From: Chthoniobacterales bacterium
Lineage (GTDB): Bacteria; Verrucomicrobiota; Verrucomicrobiia; Chthoniobacterales; JACTMZ01
DNA length: 64,000 nt
NCBI GenBank assembly: GCA_044359955.1
Contig: JBIKLF010000001.1
Span: 35,941-99,940 of the forward strand
Reading direction: 5' to 3'
How positions within the stretch are numbered: position 1 is the first letter of the stretch; each line of letters opens with the position of its first letter. The notes below the pieces were generated by a model. It made no database searches. It saw only the letters and a list, made by a program, of their open reading frames with translations, and was not told the origin of the DNA. Both the position numbers and the translations under genes were made by a program. Of this stretch, positions 48,097 to 57,772 are shown one piece after another.

Positions 48097-48549
48097 ATGG
48101 CCACCAAGATTGCCAGTTCCGAAAAACAGCTCAAGCGCTACGAGGAGTCGATCGCGCAGGATGGCCTGCGTCTGACCCGCCAGCGCAAGCATGTTTACGG
48201 GGCACTGCTCCAACGGCAAGACCACCCGACGGCCATGGAAGTCTTTCTTCGGGCCAAACCCGAGATGGAATCCCTCTCGCTGGCCACGGTCTACAATGTC
48301 CTCGAGACGCTGGCCGAGCGCGGTCTGGTCCGCAAAGTGCACCTGGACAGCGGGTCCACGCGCTATTGCGCGAATAATTCCAAACACGGACACTTCACTT
48401 GCACCGGTTGCGGCGCGGTCATGGACGTGCCGCTCCTGCCCGGTGCCGAATTGGAAAAGCTCCATCATCTGCCCCGCGGTTACACCGTGACGCAGCAGGA
48501 AGTTTCCCTGCATGGCGTTTGCGCGACCTGCCGGAAAAACCACCACTGA
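48097..48549 (+). CDS. Fur family transcriptional regulator
   Basis: Winged-helix N-terminus ([14 protein letters not shown]), [10 protein letters not shown] and CATC metal sites. Sits 4 nt upstream of sufC. Confidence 0.85.
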   Translation: MATKIASSEKQLKRYEESIAQDGLRLTRQRKHVYGALLQRQDHPTAMEVFLRAKPEMESLSLATVYNVLETLAERGLVRKVHLDSGSTRYCANNSKHGHFTCTGCGAVMDVPLLPGAELEKLHHLPRGYTVTQQEVSLHGVCATCRKNHH

Positions 48550-48553
48550 TCTT

Positions 48554-49318
48554 ATGAAACACCTCAAAATCGACAACCTGCACGTCAGCATCGGCGACCG
48601 CGAAATTCTCCGCGGCCTGAGCCTCGATCTTCCGACCGGGCAAGTGCACGCCATCATGGGACCAAACGGTTCGGGCAAAAGCACGCTGGCCAAAGTCATC
48701 GCCGGCCACCCCGATTACACCGTGACCTCCGGTGACATCCTTTTCGACGGCGAGAGCATCCTCGAGATGGAGCCTGACGCGCGGGCCCGCAAGGGCATTT
48801 TCCTCGCCTTCCAATACCCGAGTGAAATCCCCGGGGTGACCATCGCCAACTTCCTCCGCGCCGCCCTGCAGGCGCGCCTGCCCGAGGGCGAGGAACTCGA
48901 GGCCACCGAGTATTACGCCAAGCTTTACGAGAAAATGGACCTCCTCGAAATGCCGCGGACGTTCACCTCGCGCGCGGTCAACGAGGGCTTCTCCGGCGGA
49001 GAGAAAAAGCGCTGCGAGATCCTGCAAATGGCCATGCTGCAGCCGACCTTCGCCCTGCTCGACGAAACCGATTCCGGCCTCGACATCGACGCGTTGAAAA
49101 TTGTTTCGCACGGCGTCAATTCCCTCCGCGGACCGGAGACCGGCATGCTTGTCATCACCCACTACCAGCGCCTGCTCAACTACATCGTGCCCGATTTTGT
49201 CCATGTCATGGTCAACGGCCGCATTGTCGAGAGCGGCACGAAAGAACTTGCCCTCAAACTGGAGGCTGAAGGCTACGACTGGGCGACGGAGCCTGATGCC
49301 GAAGCGGTCGGAGCCTGA
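48554..49318 (+). CDS. sufC: Fe-S cluster assembly ATPase SufC
   Basis: [18 protein letters not shown] and LDETDSGLD motifs. Confidence 0.95.
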   Translation: MKHLKIDNLHVSIGDREILRGLSLDLPTGQVHAIMGPNGSGKSTLAKVIAGHPDYTVTSGDILFDGESILEMEPDARARKGIFLAFQYPSEIPGVTIANFLRAALQARLPEGEELEATEYYAKLYEKMDLLEMPRTFTSRAVNEGFSGGEKKRCEILQMAMLQPTFALLDETDSGLDIDALKIVSHGVNSLRGPETGMLVITHYQRLLNYIVPDFVHVMVNGRIVESGTKELALKLEAEGYDWATEPDAEAVGA

Positions 49319-49338
49319 AACCCAAGGAGAACAAAACC

Positions 49339-50751
49339 ATGAACGACACCCAAACCCAACTGGACATCGACCGCGAGAAGGGGAACTTCCGCTACGATGT
49401 CGATTACGAATTCGACGCCGGCACCGGACTGAACGAAAAGACGATCGACTACATTTGCGACGTCAAAGGCGAACCCGATTGGATCCGTCAGTTCCGCAAG
49501 GACGCGCTGAAAAAGTTCCTCGAGAAACCCATGCCCACCCATTGGGCCTCGCACGATCTGGAGAACATCATTTTCGACAAGATCCGCTACTACCTGTCGC
49601 AGGGCGGACAAAAACCGAAAAAAACCTGGGATGAAGTGCCGGAGGACGTGAAGCGGACCTTTGAACGGCTCGGGATCCCCGAGCAGGAGCGCAAATTCCT
49701 CGCCGGTGTGGAGGCGCAGTTCGACAGCGAAGCAGCCTACTCGAATATCAAGGAAGCGGTCGGCAAGCAGGGTGTCATTTTCATGGGCAGCACGGACGCG
49801 CTGAAAGAGCATCCGGAAATTTTCCGCAAATGGTTCGGCAAAGTGATCCCCACGGGTGACAACAAATTCAGCGCGCTGAACAGCGCCGCCTTCAGCGGCG
49901 GTTCGTTCATCTACGTGCCGCCCGGGGTCAAGGTCTCGCACCCGCTGCAGGCCTACTTCCGCATCAACGCGGAAAACTTCGGTCAGTTCGAGCGCACCCT
50001 GATCATCGCCGACGAGGGCGCCGAGGTGACCTACATGGAAGGCTGCACGGCCCCGAAATTCGACACCGCCACGCTGCACAGCGCGGTGGTCGAGCTCGTC
50101 GCGCTCAAGGGCGCGAAAATCCAATACATCACGGTGCAAAACTGGTCGAACAACGTCTTTAACCTGGTGACCAAGCGCGGTCTGGCCATGGAAGACGCCG
50201 AAGTCAAATGGATTGACTGCAACATCGGCTCGCGTCTCACCATGAAATATCCGGGCGTGGTCATGAAGGGCCGCCGGGCCCGTGGCGAAGTGATCTCCAT
50301 TGCGTTGGCCGGTGACGGCCAGCACCAGGATACCGGCGCGAAAATGGTCCACGCGGCCGACGAAACCACGAGCAACATCGTGTCGAAGTCGATCAGCGTC
50401 GGCACCGGTCGTGCCACTTACCGCGGGCTGGTCAAAATCCCGCGCCACCTCAAGGGTTGCAAAAACAATACCGAGTGCGACGCGCTGCTCATCAACACGA
50501 GCAGCCGCACGGACACTTATCCGGCCATCTCGGTGCGCGGCACGGGCAATGCCTGCCAGCATGAAGCCAGTGTCAGCCAGGTCAGCTCGGAGCAGATCTT
50601 CTACATGCAGCAACGCGGACTGACCGAAGCGCAGGCCATGAGCCTGAGCGTGAACGGATTCGTCAATGACCTCGTGCGCCAATTCCCCATGGAATACAGC
50701 GTCGAACTGAAGCGCCTCATCGATCTCGAGATGGAAGGTTCGGTCGGCTGA
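49339..50751 (+). CDS. sufB: Fe-S cluster assembly protein SufB
   Basis: 470 aa with full-length SufB character ([19 protein letters not shown]). Confidence 0.95.
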   Translation: MNDTQTQLDIDREKGNFRYDVDYEFDAGTGLNEKTIDYICDVKGEPDWIRQFRKDALKKFLEKPMPTHWASHDLENIIFDKIRYYLSQGGQKPKKTWDEVPEDVKRTFERLGIPEQERKFLAGVEAQFDSEAAYSNIKEAVGKQGVIFMGSTDALKEHPEIFRKWFGKVIPTGDNKFSALNSAAFSGGSFIYVPPGVKVSHPLQAYFRINAENFGQFERTLIIADEGAEVTYMEGCTAPKFDTATLHSAVVELVALKGAKIQYITVQNWSNNVFNLVTKRGLAMEDAEVKWIDCNIGSRLTMKYPGVVMKGRRARGEVISIALAGDGQHQDTGAKMVHAADETTSNIVSKSISVGTGRATYRGLVKIPRHLKGCKNNTECDALLINTSSRTDTYPAISVRGTGNACQHEASVSQVSSEQIFYMQQRGLTEAQAMSLSVNGFVNDLVRQFPMEYSVELKRLIDLEMEGSVG

Positions 50752-50776
50752 TCCGTCAGGAGGAACAACTTTGATT

Positions 50777-52084
50777 ATGGCATCCGCATCCGTGTCCGGC
50801 GTCCCCTTGATGGAAGGCGCTCTCGTCGAGGGCCAGTGGCCCGAATGGTTCGTCGCCTCGCGTCAGCGCGGCTGGGCGGACTTTCAACAACTCCCCGCTC
50901 CTGTGCCGAAGGACGAAAAGTGGCGTTTCTCCAACGTCAAAGCCCTTGCCCTGGACAGCTTCCGCTACCCGGCCGCAGTGGCCGATGCCGCCGCGCTGGT
51001 CGAACGCTCGACCGGCCTCGGCGAGTCCGCCGCCCGTTTCGTCTTCGGTAACAACCGCCTTCTGGCCGCTACCGCGCCCGCCGCGGAGTTGGTCAAGGCT
51101 GGTCTGGTCGTCATGACCCTCGAGGAGGCCGCGAGCCAACACGCCGATCTGGTGGAGAAACATTTCATGGCGCAGGAGGTCAAGCTCGGCTCGGCCAAAT
51201 ACGCCGCCCTGCACCGCTCCGGTCCGGTCAACGGGGTCTTTATCCGCGTCCCGAAAAATCTCGAGGTCGCGCAGCCGATCGAAATTTTCCACTGGGTCGA
51301 GGGTGAAAACTCCGCCGTCTTCCCGCACACCCTCGTGCTCTGCGAGCGTCATAGCAAGGCGACCGTCGTCGATTGTTTCCGCAGTGCGGACGATGAGCCC
51401 GCTTTCGCCTGCGGGGTCAACGACCTCGTCGTCGAGGAAGGCGCCAAGCTCAACTACGTGGCCGTGCAACAATGGAGCCTCGCCACCACCGCGTTTCATC
51501 TCAACTCCACCACGGTCGGACGTGATGCCTCCTGTCTCGGCATGCAGGTCAACCTGGGGGGCAAGTTCGTGCGCGGCGAGAGCTACAGCCGCATGGTCGC
51601 GGAAGGCGCACGCAGCGACATGCTTTCGGTCAACATTGCCGGCGGCGAGCAGATGATCGATCAGCGCACCTTTCAAGACCATGCCAAGCCCAGCGCGACG
51701 AGCGATTTGCTTTACCAGAATGCCCTGACCGGCAAAGGCCGCACGGTCTTCAGCGGGGTTATCCGCGTCGAACCCGGCGCGCACAAGACCGATGCGTATC
51801 AAAAAGTTCGCAATATCGTCCTGAGCGACGAGGCCGAGGCGAATAGTATGCCCGGCCTCGAGATCGAAGCCGATGACGTGCGCTGCACCCACGGTGCGAC
51901 AACGTCGCAGGTCGATGATCGCGAATTGTTCTACCTCCTGGCGCGCGGCATCCGTCCGGAGGCGGCGCAACAACTGTTGGTCATGGGCTTCTTCAACACG
52001 GTTCTGGATCGTCTGCCGGATGCCCGCCTGCGTGGGCACATCGAGGGGCTGGTGGAGGCGCGGTTGGCTGCGGCGCTGCGCTGA
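50777..52084 (+). CDS. sufD: Fe-S cluster assembly protein SufD
   Basis: Beta-helix SufBD family with C-terminal LFYLLARGI. A TTG at 50771 is an alternative start. Confidence 0.9.
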   Translation: MASASVSGVPLMEGALVEGQWPEWFVASRQRGWADFQQLPAPVPKDEKWRFSNVKALALDSFRYPAAVADAAALVERSTGLGESAARFVFGNNRLLAATAPAAELVKAGLVVMTLEEAASQHADLVEKHFMAQEVKLGSAKYAALHRSGPVNGVFIRVPKNLEVAQPIEIFHWVEGENSAVFPHTLVLCERHSKATVVDCFRSADDEPAFACGVNDLVVEEGAKLNYVAVQQWSLATTAFHLNSTTVGRDASCLGMQVNLGGKFVRGESYSRMVAEGARSDMLSVNIAGGEQMIDQRTFQDHAKPSATSDLLYQNALTGKGRTVFSGVIRVEPGAHKTDAYQKVRNIVLSDEAEANSMPGLEIEADDVRCTHGATTSQVDDRELFYLLARGIRPEAAQQLLVMGFFNTVLDRLPDARLRGHIEGLVEARLAAALR

Positions 52085-52102
52085 CAGCAGCTACTACCGA
52101 TT

Positions 52103-52172
52103 GTAGCGGTGGTCTATGACCGCCGGTGACCGTGGATGATAATTTCTTCCGGCGGTCATAGACCGCCGCCAC
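52103..52172. repeat. REP-like family A inverted pair (tail-to-tail)
   Basis: 52103-52126 reads GTAGCGGTGGTCTATGACCGCCGG. The reverse complement of 52149-52172 reads GTGGCGGCGGTCTATGACCGCCGG (22/24 identical). Each carries the hairpin ggcggtcATAgaccgcc. Confidence 0.85.
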
Positions 52173-52226
52173 ACGGAGAGTGATTTTATACCAACGTCCT
52201 TTTGCTTTTCGACTATTGATCGAGCG

Positions 52227-52301
52227 GTAGGGCTGGGCCTCCGGACCGGCCGTGTCGAATCCCAGAGAAGGTTCGCGGTCGGCCCAGAGGTCCGACCCTA
52301 C
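52227..52301. repeat. REP-like family B inverted pair (tail-to-tail)
   Basis: 52227-52252 reads GTAGGGCTGGGCCTCCGGACCGGCCG, 23/26 identical to 12960-12985. The reverse complement of 52276-52301 reads GTAGGGTCGGACCTCTGGGCCGACCG and is a diverged copy. Confidence 0.8.
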
Positions 52302-52344
52302 CCCAGGGCCGAAGGACAAAGTCCAAATGCGATGGCCCTTGGTA

Positions 52345-53580
52345 TTACAATTCCTCGGGATGATTGAGGAGCTCGGCGATTCGGGTCAGCAAGCGGCCAG
52401 CGGCGCCGCCGTCGAGGACGCGGTGGTCGAAGCTCAAGGTGAAGCAGGCGTTGGTTACGGGGAGGAATTGCTGCTTTTCTTTATCCCATTTGGGTTCGAT
52501 GCGCCCGGCGCCGAGGCCGAGAAGGACGGTTTGTTCGGGGAGCGGGATCGGGGTGGCGAGGGTCAGTCCGAAGGTGCCGTAGTTTGTCACGGTCGAGATG
52601 CATTGGCCCATGTCTTTGGGGCTGAGGCGGCGTTGGCGGGCGAGTTCGACCAGGCGGGCATAGATCGGCATGAGTTCTTTGAGGCTGTGTTTGTCCGCAC
52701 TCCTGATCACGGGCACGAGGACGCCATCCTCGGCTTCGACCGCAAAGCCGATATCGATCGATCCGGGGTGGATGACTTGGTTGCCGATGAGGCGGCCGGC
52801 CGGCGCGCTGTTCTCGGACAGGGCGATGGCCAGCGCCCGCAGCGCGTAAAGTGAAACGCCCGCTTTTTCGGCGGAGGCTTTGCGGTGGGCGAGCATTTTG
52901 TCGAGTTCGACAGGCAGGACGACGGTGGCCAGCGGACGCGTCCAACTGCGGCGCATGGCATCGGCCACGGCCACGCGCATGGAGGAGGCCTCGGTGACTT
53001 TTTGCTGGTCGAGATTCTCCATGAAGCGCTCGAAGTCCTCGATGGTGACGCGTCCGCCCGCCCCGCTGCCAGCCACGCCGGCCAGGTCGGCCGCGCTGAG
53101 GCCGAGTTCGGTCATGCGCGCCTTCATGCGCGGGGAAAGGAAAGCGGCGCCGCCGGCGTGGGCGGGGACGGGAAGGCCCTTGATTGTCGGCTCCGGTTTG
53201 TCCGACTGTTTGATCTCGGGCTTGGCCACGCGTTTCTTTTTCGGTTTGTCCGGGGCGCCGGCCGGCATGGAGCCGGTGGGCTGGCCGTTGGATCCGTTTT
53301 CTTCCGGTTCGAGGTAGCCCATGCGCTCGGCATCAGTATCGGAAACTTCGAGGTAGCCAAGCGTCGCGCCGACCGCATAGCTCTCGCCTTCCACGGCGCG
53401 GAGTTCGACAAGTTTTCCGCTGCAGGGCGCGACCACACCCATAACCGCTTTGTTCGTCTCGACCTCCATGACGTCATTGTCCCCCGCAACGTCGTCGCCG
53501 GGTTTAGCAATGAGGCGGACGATAGTCGCCTCGGCGATCGATTCACCGAGTTGCGGCATGAGGAGAGGGATGCGGGCCAT
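52345..53580 (-). CDS. 2-oxoacid dehydrogenase complex E2 (dihydrolipoyllysine-residue acyltransferase)
   Basis: Lipoyl domain (MEVETNKAVMGV), E3-binding segment and catalytic domain with FDHRVLDG. Confidence 0.9.
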   Translation of the reverse strand: MARIPLLMPQLGESIAEATIVRLIAKPGDDVAGDNDVMEVETNKAVMGVVAPCSGKLVELRAVEGESYAVGATLGYLEVSDTDAERMGYLEPEENGSNGQPTGSMPAGAPDKPKKKRVAKPEIKQSDKPEPTIKGLPVPAHAGGAAFLSPRMKARMTELGLSAADLAGVAGSGAGGRVTIEDFERFMENLDQQKVTEASSMRVAVADAMRRSWTRPLATVVLPVELDKMLAHRKASAEKAGVSLYALRALAIALSENSAPAGRLIGNQVIHPGSIDIGFAVEAEDGVLVPVIRSADKHSLKELMPIYARLVELARQRRLSPKDMGQCISTVTNYGTFGLTLATPIPLPEQTVLLGLGAGRIEPKWDKEKQQFLPVTNACFTLSFDHRVLDGGAAGRLLTRIAELLNHPEEL

Positions 53581-53585
53581 AAAAT

Positions 53586-54551
53586 TTATTGGGTGAGAAG
53601 TTGACGGAGGCGCGCGGCAATGACGCTGGCGGTCGGCCGGTGGGCGGCCCAGAGATCGGGATGGTAGGGAACGGGGGTATCCCTTGCGTTGAGACGCATG
53701 GGGGCGGCATCAAGGAGACCGAAGCCCTCGGTGGCCACGCGGGAGATGACCTCGGCGTTCACCCCGCCCCAGGGCCAGGCTTCGCCGACGACGAGCAGGC
53801 GTCCGGTGCGCGCCACGGAGGCGAGAATGGTGTCGGTGTCGAGCGGTTTGACCGTGCGGAGGTCGATCACTTCGATTTGCCAACCTTCCTCGACGAGGTC
53901 CTCGGCAGCTTGCAGGGATTCGTGGAGCATGGCGCTGTAGGTCACCACCGTGGCGTCGCGTCCGGCCCGCGCGATACGCGCTTTGCCCACGGGTTGCGCG
54001 GTGTCGGGAAGTTTGTCCGCCTTGAGGTGGTAGTAGAGCAGTTTGTGCTCGCAGAAGATCACGGGGTCGTCGATCGCCACGGCCTCGAGCATCATGCTGT
54101 AAGCGTCCTCCACGGTCGCGGGGGTCATTACGACGAGCCCGGGATAGTGTGCGTAGACGGCTTCCATGCTTTGGCTGTGGAAGGGGCCGGCGCCGAGTGT
54201 TCCGCCGCTGGGGAGACGCACCACGATGGGGCAGGGGATCTCGGTGCGGTAGTAGAGGGTGGCGGCCTGGTTGACGATCTGGTTGAAGCCGACGGTGGAA
54301 AAATCGGCGAACTGCATTTCGACAATGGGGCGGGCGCCTTCGATCGCCGCGCCCACCGCGAGCCCGACGATGGCGTCCTCGCTGAGCGGTGCGTCCATGA
54401 CGCGTCCGGGAAATTCGGCGGCCAGGTTTTTCGTCGCCTTGAAGGCCCCGCCAAATGCCCCGACGTCCTGCCCGTAGATGAAGACGCGCGGGTCATCGGT
54501 CAGCGCTTTCTCCTGCGCAGCGCGGATGGCTTCGAGGTAGGTGACGCTCAT
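53586..54551 (-). CDS. 2-oxoacid dehydrogenase E1 component beta subunit
   Basis: 321 aa, transketolase-like pyrimidine-binding and C-terminal domains. Confidence 0.9.
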   Translation of the reverse strand: MSVTYLEAIRAAQEKALTDDPRVFIYGQDVGAFGGAFKATKNLAAEFPGRVMDAPLSEDAIVGLAVGAAIEGARPIVEMQFADFSTVGFNQIVNQAATLYYRTEIPCPIVVRLPSGGTLGAGPFHSQSMEAVYAHYPGLVVMTPATVEDAYSMMLEAVAIDDPVIFCEHKLLYYHLKADKLPDTAQPVGKARIARAGRDATVVTYSAMLHESLQAAEDLVEEGWQIEVIDLRTVKPLDTDTILASVARTGRLLVVGEAWPWGGVNAEVISRVATEGFGLLDAAPMRLNARDTPVPYHPDLWAAHRPTASVIAARLRQLLTQ

Positions 54552-55588
54552 TCGTCCTCCAAATCGTGATGACCATCAACCAAACGCTCGGTCGAGATGG
54601 CTCTCCAGTCTTCATCGGCCGGGTCCGGGCCCTTTTCCCGCTGGGCGATATTCAGGGCGGCCTCGACTTCGGCTTGGGCTTCCTTGGTCCAGGCGGCGAT
54701 CTCTTCCGCGGTGGCAACGTCCGAGTCGATGAGTTGCATCGTGCCGACGTCGAGGCAATCGCGCCCGACATTGGCTTGGCGCAGCGCCGCATCCACGTAG
54801 CCGGCATCATCGTGCTCACCGTGGCCGACGAGCCGCAAGAGGGTGGCGACGACCATTTGCGGTCCGTTTCCTTCACGTGCGGCCTGCACGGCGAGTTGGA
54901 GGGTCTCCAGGCATGCGACGGGGTTGGTGCCGTCGCATTTGAAGCCGGCGATGCCGTAACCGGCCGCTTTGTCGAGCAGGTCGGCGCAGGCGAACTGGCG
55001 GCTGTTCGGCGTGGAGTAGGCGTATTGGTTGTTGGCAATGACCACGACCAACGGAAGGTGTTCCACGGCGGCAAGATTGATGCCTTCGTGGAAAGCTCCG
55101 GTGGAGGTGCCGCCGTCGCCGATCGAGGTCACTCCGACCACGCCGGTTTCGCCGCGCAGGCGGCGGGCATAGAGCCCGCCAGCGACCACGGGCACGAGGG
55201 CACCGAGGTGGCTGATCATGGCGTAGTAACCTTCGCGGGGGCGTCCGCGGTGGATGTTGCCATCGCGCCCGCGCATGGGACCCTTGGCCGATCCGAGATA
55301 CGTGCGGAAGGTGTCGAGCACGGTGTCCCCGAAGGCGAGACGTCCGGCCTGGTCGCGGATGAGCGGACCGAAAATGTCGCCCTTTTGGAGAAAGATAGAT
55401 GAGGCGGTGCTGAGGGCTTCCTGTCCTTTGCCGAGAAAGACGCCGCCTTTGATCATGCCGGCACGGTAAAGGCTGGCGAGTTTGTCCTCGGTCGCGCGAG
55501 CCAGAAGCATGACGCGGTAGGCGCGCACTAGGAGCGCCGAATCGAGGTCATTGCGCACTACCGTCTTTTCCTTGACTGCCGTGACCAT
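54548..55588 (-). CDS. 2-oxoacid dehydrogenase E1 component alpha subunit (TPP-dependent)
   Basis: TPP-binding GDGGTSTG...NN motif. 4-nt overlap with the beta subunit. Confidence 0.9.
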   Translation of the reverse strand: MVTAVKEKTVVRNDLDSALLVRAYRVMLLARATEDKLASLYRAGMIKGGVFLGKGQEALSTASSIFLQKGDIFGPLIRDQAGRLAFGDTVLDTFRTYLGSAKGPMRGRDGNIHRGRPREGYYAMISHLGALVPVVAGGLYARRLRGETGVVGVTSIGDGGTSTGAFHEGINLAAVEHLPLVVVIANNQYAYSTPNSRQFACADLLDKAAGYGIAGFKCDGTNPVACLETLQLAVQAAREGNGPQMVVATLLRLVGHGEHDDAGYVDAALRQANVGRDCLDVGTMQLIDSDVATAEEIAAWTKEAQAEVEAALNIAQREKGPDPADEDWRAISTERLVDGHHDLEDE

Positions 55589-55696
55589 CTAAAGAGGAGA
55601 ATATCCCGCCGGGTGCCTCTGCTGCAAAGGGAAAACAGAGGGCTGGTCTCTTCCTTTTGGCTCGCGGTGGGGTTTTTAACGGAGAAAATCCGCACG

Positions 55697-57769
55697 ATGC
55701 CCCGGTTGCGAACCCTGATTGTCGGAATTCCGCTCTTGCTCGCGGCAATCACCGCGTTGGCGCTCTGGACGGTTTCGCGGGTCACGGTGGATAAAAAAAA
55801 CGAGATGTATATCGGCAGCATCGGGGAGCCGAGCACGCTCAACCCGGTCCAAGCGGCCGATGCGGCATCCGGCGCGGTGACCGGGGTGATCTTCAACGGC
55901 CTGCTCAAATACGATGCCGGTCTGGAAATTATCGGCGATCTCGCGGCCGCGTGGGAGTTGGGTCAGCGCAGCACGTTTTTCTTCGACTCTGCCGAAGAAG
56001 CCATCCTCGCGGCCGCCAACCTCGAGGCCGGAGTGGTCGATCGGGAGGCGCTGCATCTCCGGCGCTACGCCGTGGAAGGGGAACGTTTGGAGCTGGAATT
56101 GTCCTTGCCGGGGGTGAGCGATTCGCGAGCGTTGGCCGCCAAATTCGGGGTCACACCCCTGCCCGTGCGCACCCTCTCGGTCATGGCGCCGAAGCCGCTG
56201 GAAGATGCGCTCACGCGCTTCGCCGCGGAGGAGATGTCCGCGCGTGTCGTGCGGGTCTGGAGCAGTGGCAACCTGGGCGAACTTGTTTTTCTCGGTAACC
56301 AAGAGGAGACGCGCGAGCGTTTGCGGGTCTGGCTGGCCGAGCGACTCGGGGAGGAGGGGCTGGTCATCGAGCCGGTGTTAGCACCGGAATTTTTGGCCGA
56401 GCCGGTGGTTGAGTTCCGCTTGCATGACGATGTCCGCTGGCACGACGGTGCGCCGTTCACCTCGCGGGACGTGAAGTTCACCTACGGAGCGATGATGGAC
56501 GACCGCGTGGCCTCGCCGCGCAAGCCGGATTACGAATTGGTGCTCTCAGTGGAAACCCCCGATGCGCGCACGGTGCGGGTTGTTTACCGCCGTCCTTTTT
56601 CGCCGGCCTTGGAGAGCTGGATGATGAGCATCTTGCCGGCTCACTTGCTGGCCGACGTGCCCCCGGACCAGTGGCCGCTGGTCTTCAACCGTGCGCCGGT
56701 CGGAACGGGTCCGTTCAAGTTCGCCGAGTGGAAGACGAACCAATTTGTGCGCGTGACGCGGAACGAGGACTACTTCAAAGGTCTCCCGCATTTGGACGGC
56801 ATTGTCTTCCGCACCTTACCCGACCCGCTGACCCTGCGCCTCGCTTTCGAGACACAGCAGGTTGATTTTTGGTCGGCGGATCCCTGGGCGGTGGGGAGTT
56901 TTCGCGAGGACGAGCGATTCACGCTCTTCACCTCGCCGAGCAATTCCTACAACTACGTCGGGTGGAATCTGCGGCGCCCCATGTTTCAGGACCTGCGCGT
57001 CCGCCAGGCCTTGGCCCACGCGGTCAATATCGACCAGATGATCCGCTACATCCTCTACGGATACGGCACGCAGAGCACGGGGATCTTCACGCCGGAAATG
57101 TGGTTTTTCAACCCGCGGGTCCAGCCGCTCGCTTACGATCCGGAGGAAGCAAGGCAGTTGCTTGACGCCGCGGGCTGGGTTCCGGGGAAAGACGGGATCC
57201 GCATGAAGGACGGAGAGCGCTTCGCTTTCACCCTCATCACGAACAATGGGAATGTCATTCGCAGCGACATCGCGACACTCGTGCAGGAAAACCTCCGGGC
57301 GATCGGGATCGAGGTCACGGTCGAGATGTATGAGTGGGCGGTCTTTCTCAAGCGCTTCGTCAACCAGGGGGAATTCGATGCCGTGGTGCTCGGCTGGGCC
57401 TTGGGGCAGGGGTTCGATCAATTCCAGATCTGGCACTCGTCCCAGACCGAGCCCGAGCGTCTTAACATGGTCGGCTACCAGAGCAAGGAAGCCGACCGCC
57501 TGCTCGAATCGGTGCGCGAGGAATTCGACCGCGACGAGATCATCCGCCAGTGCGGCGAATTGCAGCAGTTGATCTACGACGACCAACCGTATCTGTTTCT
57601 TTTTGTGCCCGAGGGAACATCTGTCATGTGGAAGGATGCCTTCCGGGTGAAGCGGCCGGGGCCGGACGGCGCCTGGATCGACGAACCGGTGACAATGACC
57701 AAAGCGGGGTGGAGTCACTACCTCGAGTGGTTTTACCGTCCGGAATACGCCAAGGAGGCCAGCGAGTAA
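55697..57769 (+). CDS. ABC transporter substrate-binding protein, family 5 (Opp/Dpp type) with a large internal insertion
   Basis: N-terminal TM/signal, then EPSTLNP, VRWHDG, GTGPFKF and the remaining family-5 pattern. Start trimmed from 55613. Confidence 0.85.
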   Translation: MPRLRTLIVGIPLLLAAITALALWTVSRVTVDKKNEMYIGSIGEPSTLNPVQAADAASGAVTGVIFNGLLKYDAGLEIIGDLAAAWELGQRSTFFFDSAEEAILAAANLEAGVVDREALHLRRYAVEGERLELELSLPGVSDSRALAAKFGVTPLPVRTLSVMAPKPLEDALTRFAAEEMSARVVRVWSSGNLGELVFLGNQEETRERLRVWLAERLGEEGLVIEPVLAPEFLAEPVVEFRLHDDVRWHDGAPFTSRDVKFTYGAMMDDRVASPRKPDYELVLSVETPDARTVRVVYRRPFSPALESWMMSILPAHLLADVPPDQWPLVFNRAPVGTGPFKFAEWKTNQFVRVTRNEDYFKGLPHLDGIVFRTLPDPLTLRLAFETQQVDFWSADPWAVGSFREDERFTLFTSPSNSYNYVGWNLRRPMFQDLRVRQALAHAVNIDQMIRYILYGYGTQSTGIFTPEMWFFNPRVQPLAYDPEEARQLLDAAGWVPGKDGIRMKDGERFAFTLITNNGNVIRSDIATLVQENLRAIGIEVTVEMYEWAVFLKRFVNQGEFDAVVLGWALGQGFDQFQIWHSSQTEPERLNMVGYQSKEADRLLESVREEFDRDEIIRQCGELQQLIYDDQPYLFLFVPEGTSVMWKDAFRVKRPGPDGAWIDEPVTMTKAGWSHYLEWFYRPEYAKEASE

Positions 57770-57772
57770 GCC

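Noticed and set aside
49273-52039. Minus-strand ORFs of 469 aa and 427 aa (49273..50682 and 50756..52039)
   Set aside because: They are antisense to sufB and sufD and show typical high-GC shadow-ORF composition.
51993-52319. 108-aa minus-strand ORF in the sufD/E2 gap
   Set aside because: It consists of translated REP-like repeats (VGSDLWADR, GGHRPPLQ peptides) and is a repeat artefact.
53589-55402. Plus-strand ORFs of 326 aa and 278 aa opposite the E1 subunits (53589..54569 and 54566..55402)
   Set aside because: They are shadow frames of the clearly identified E1 beta and alpha genes.
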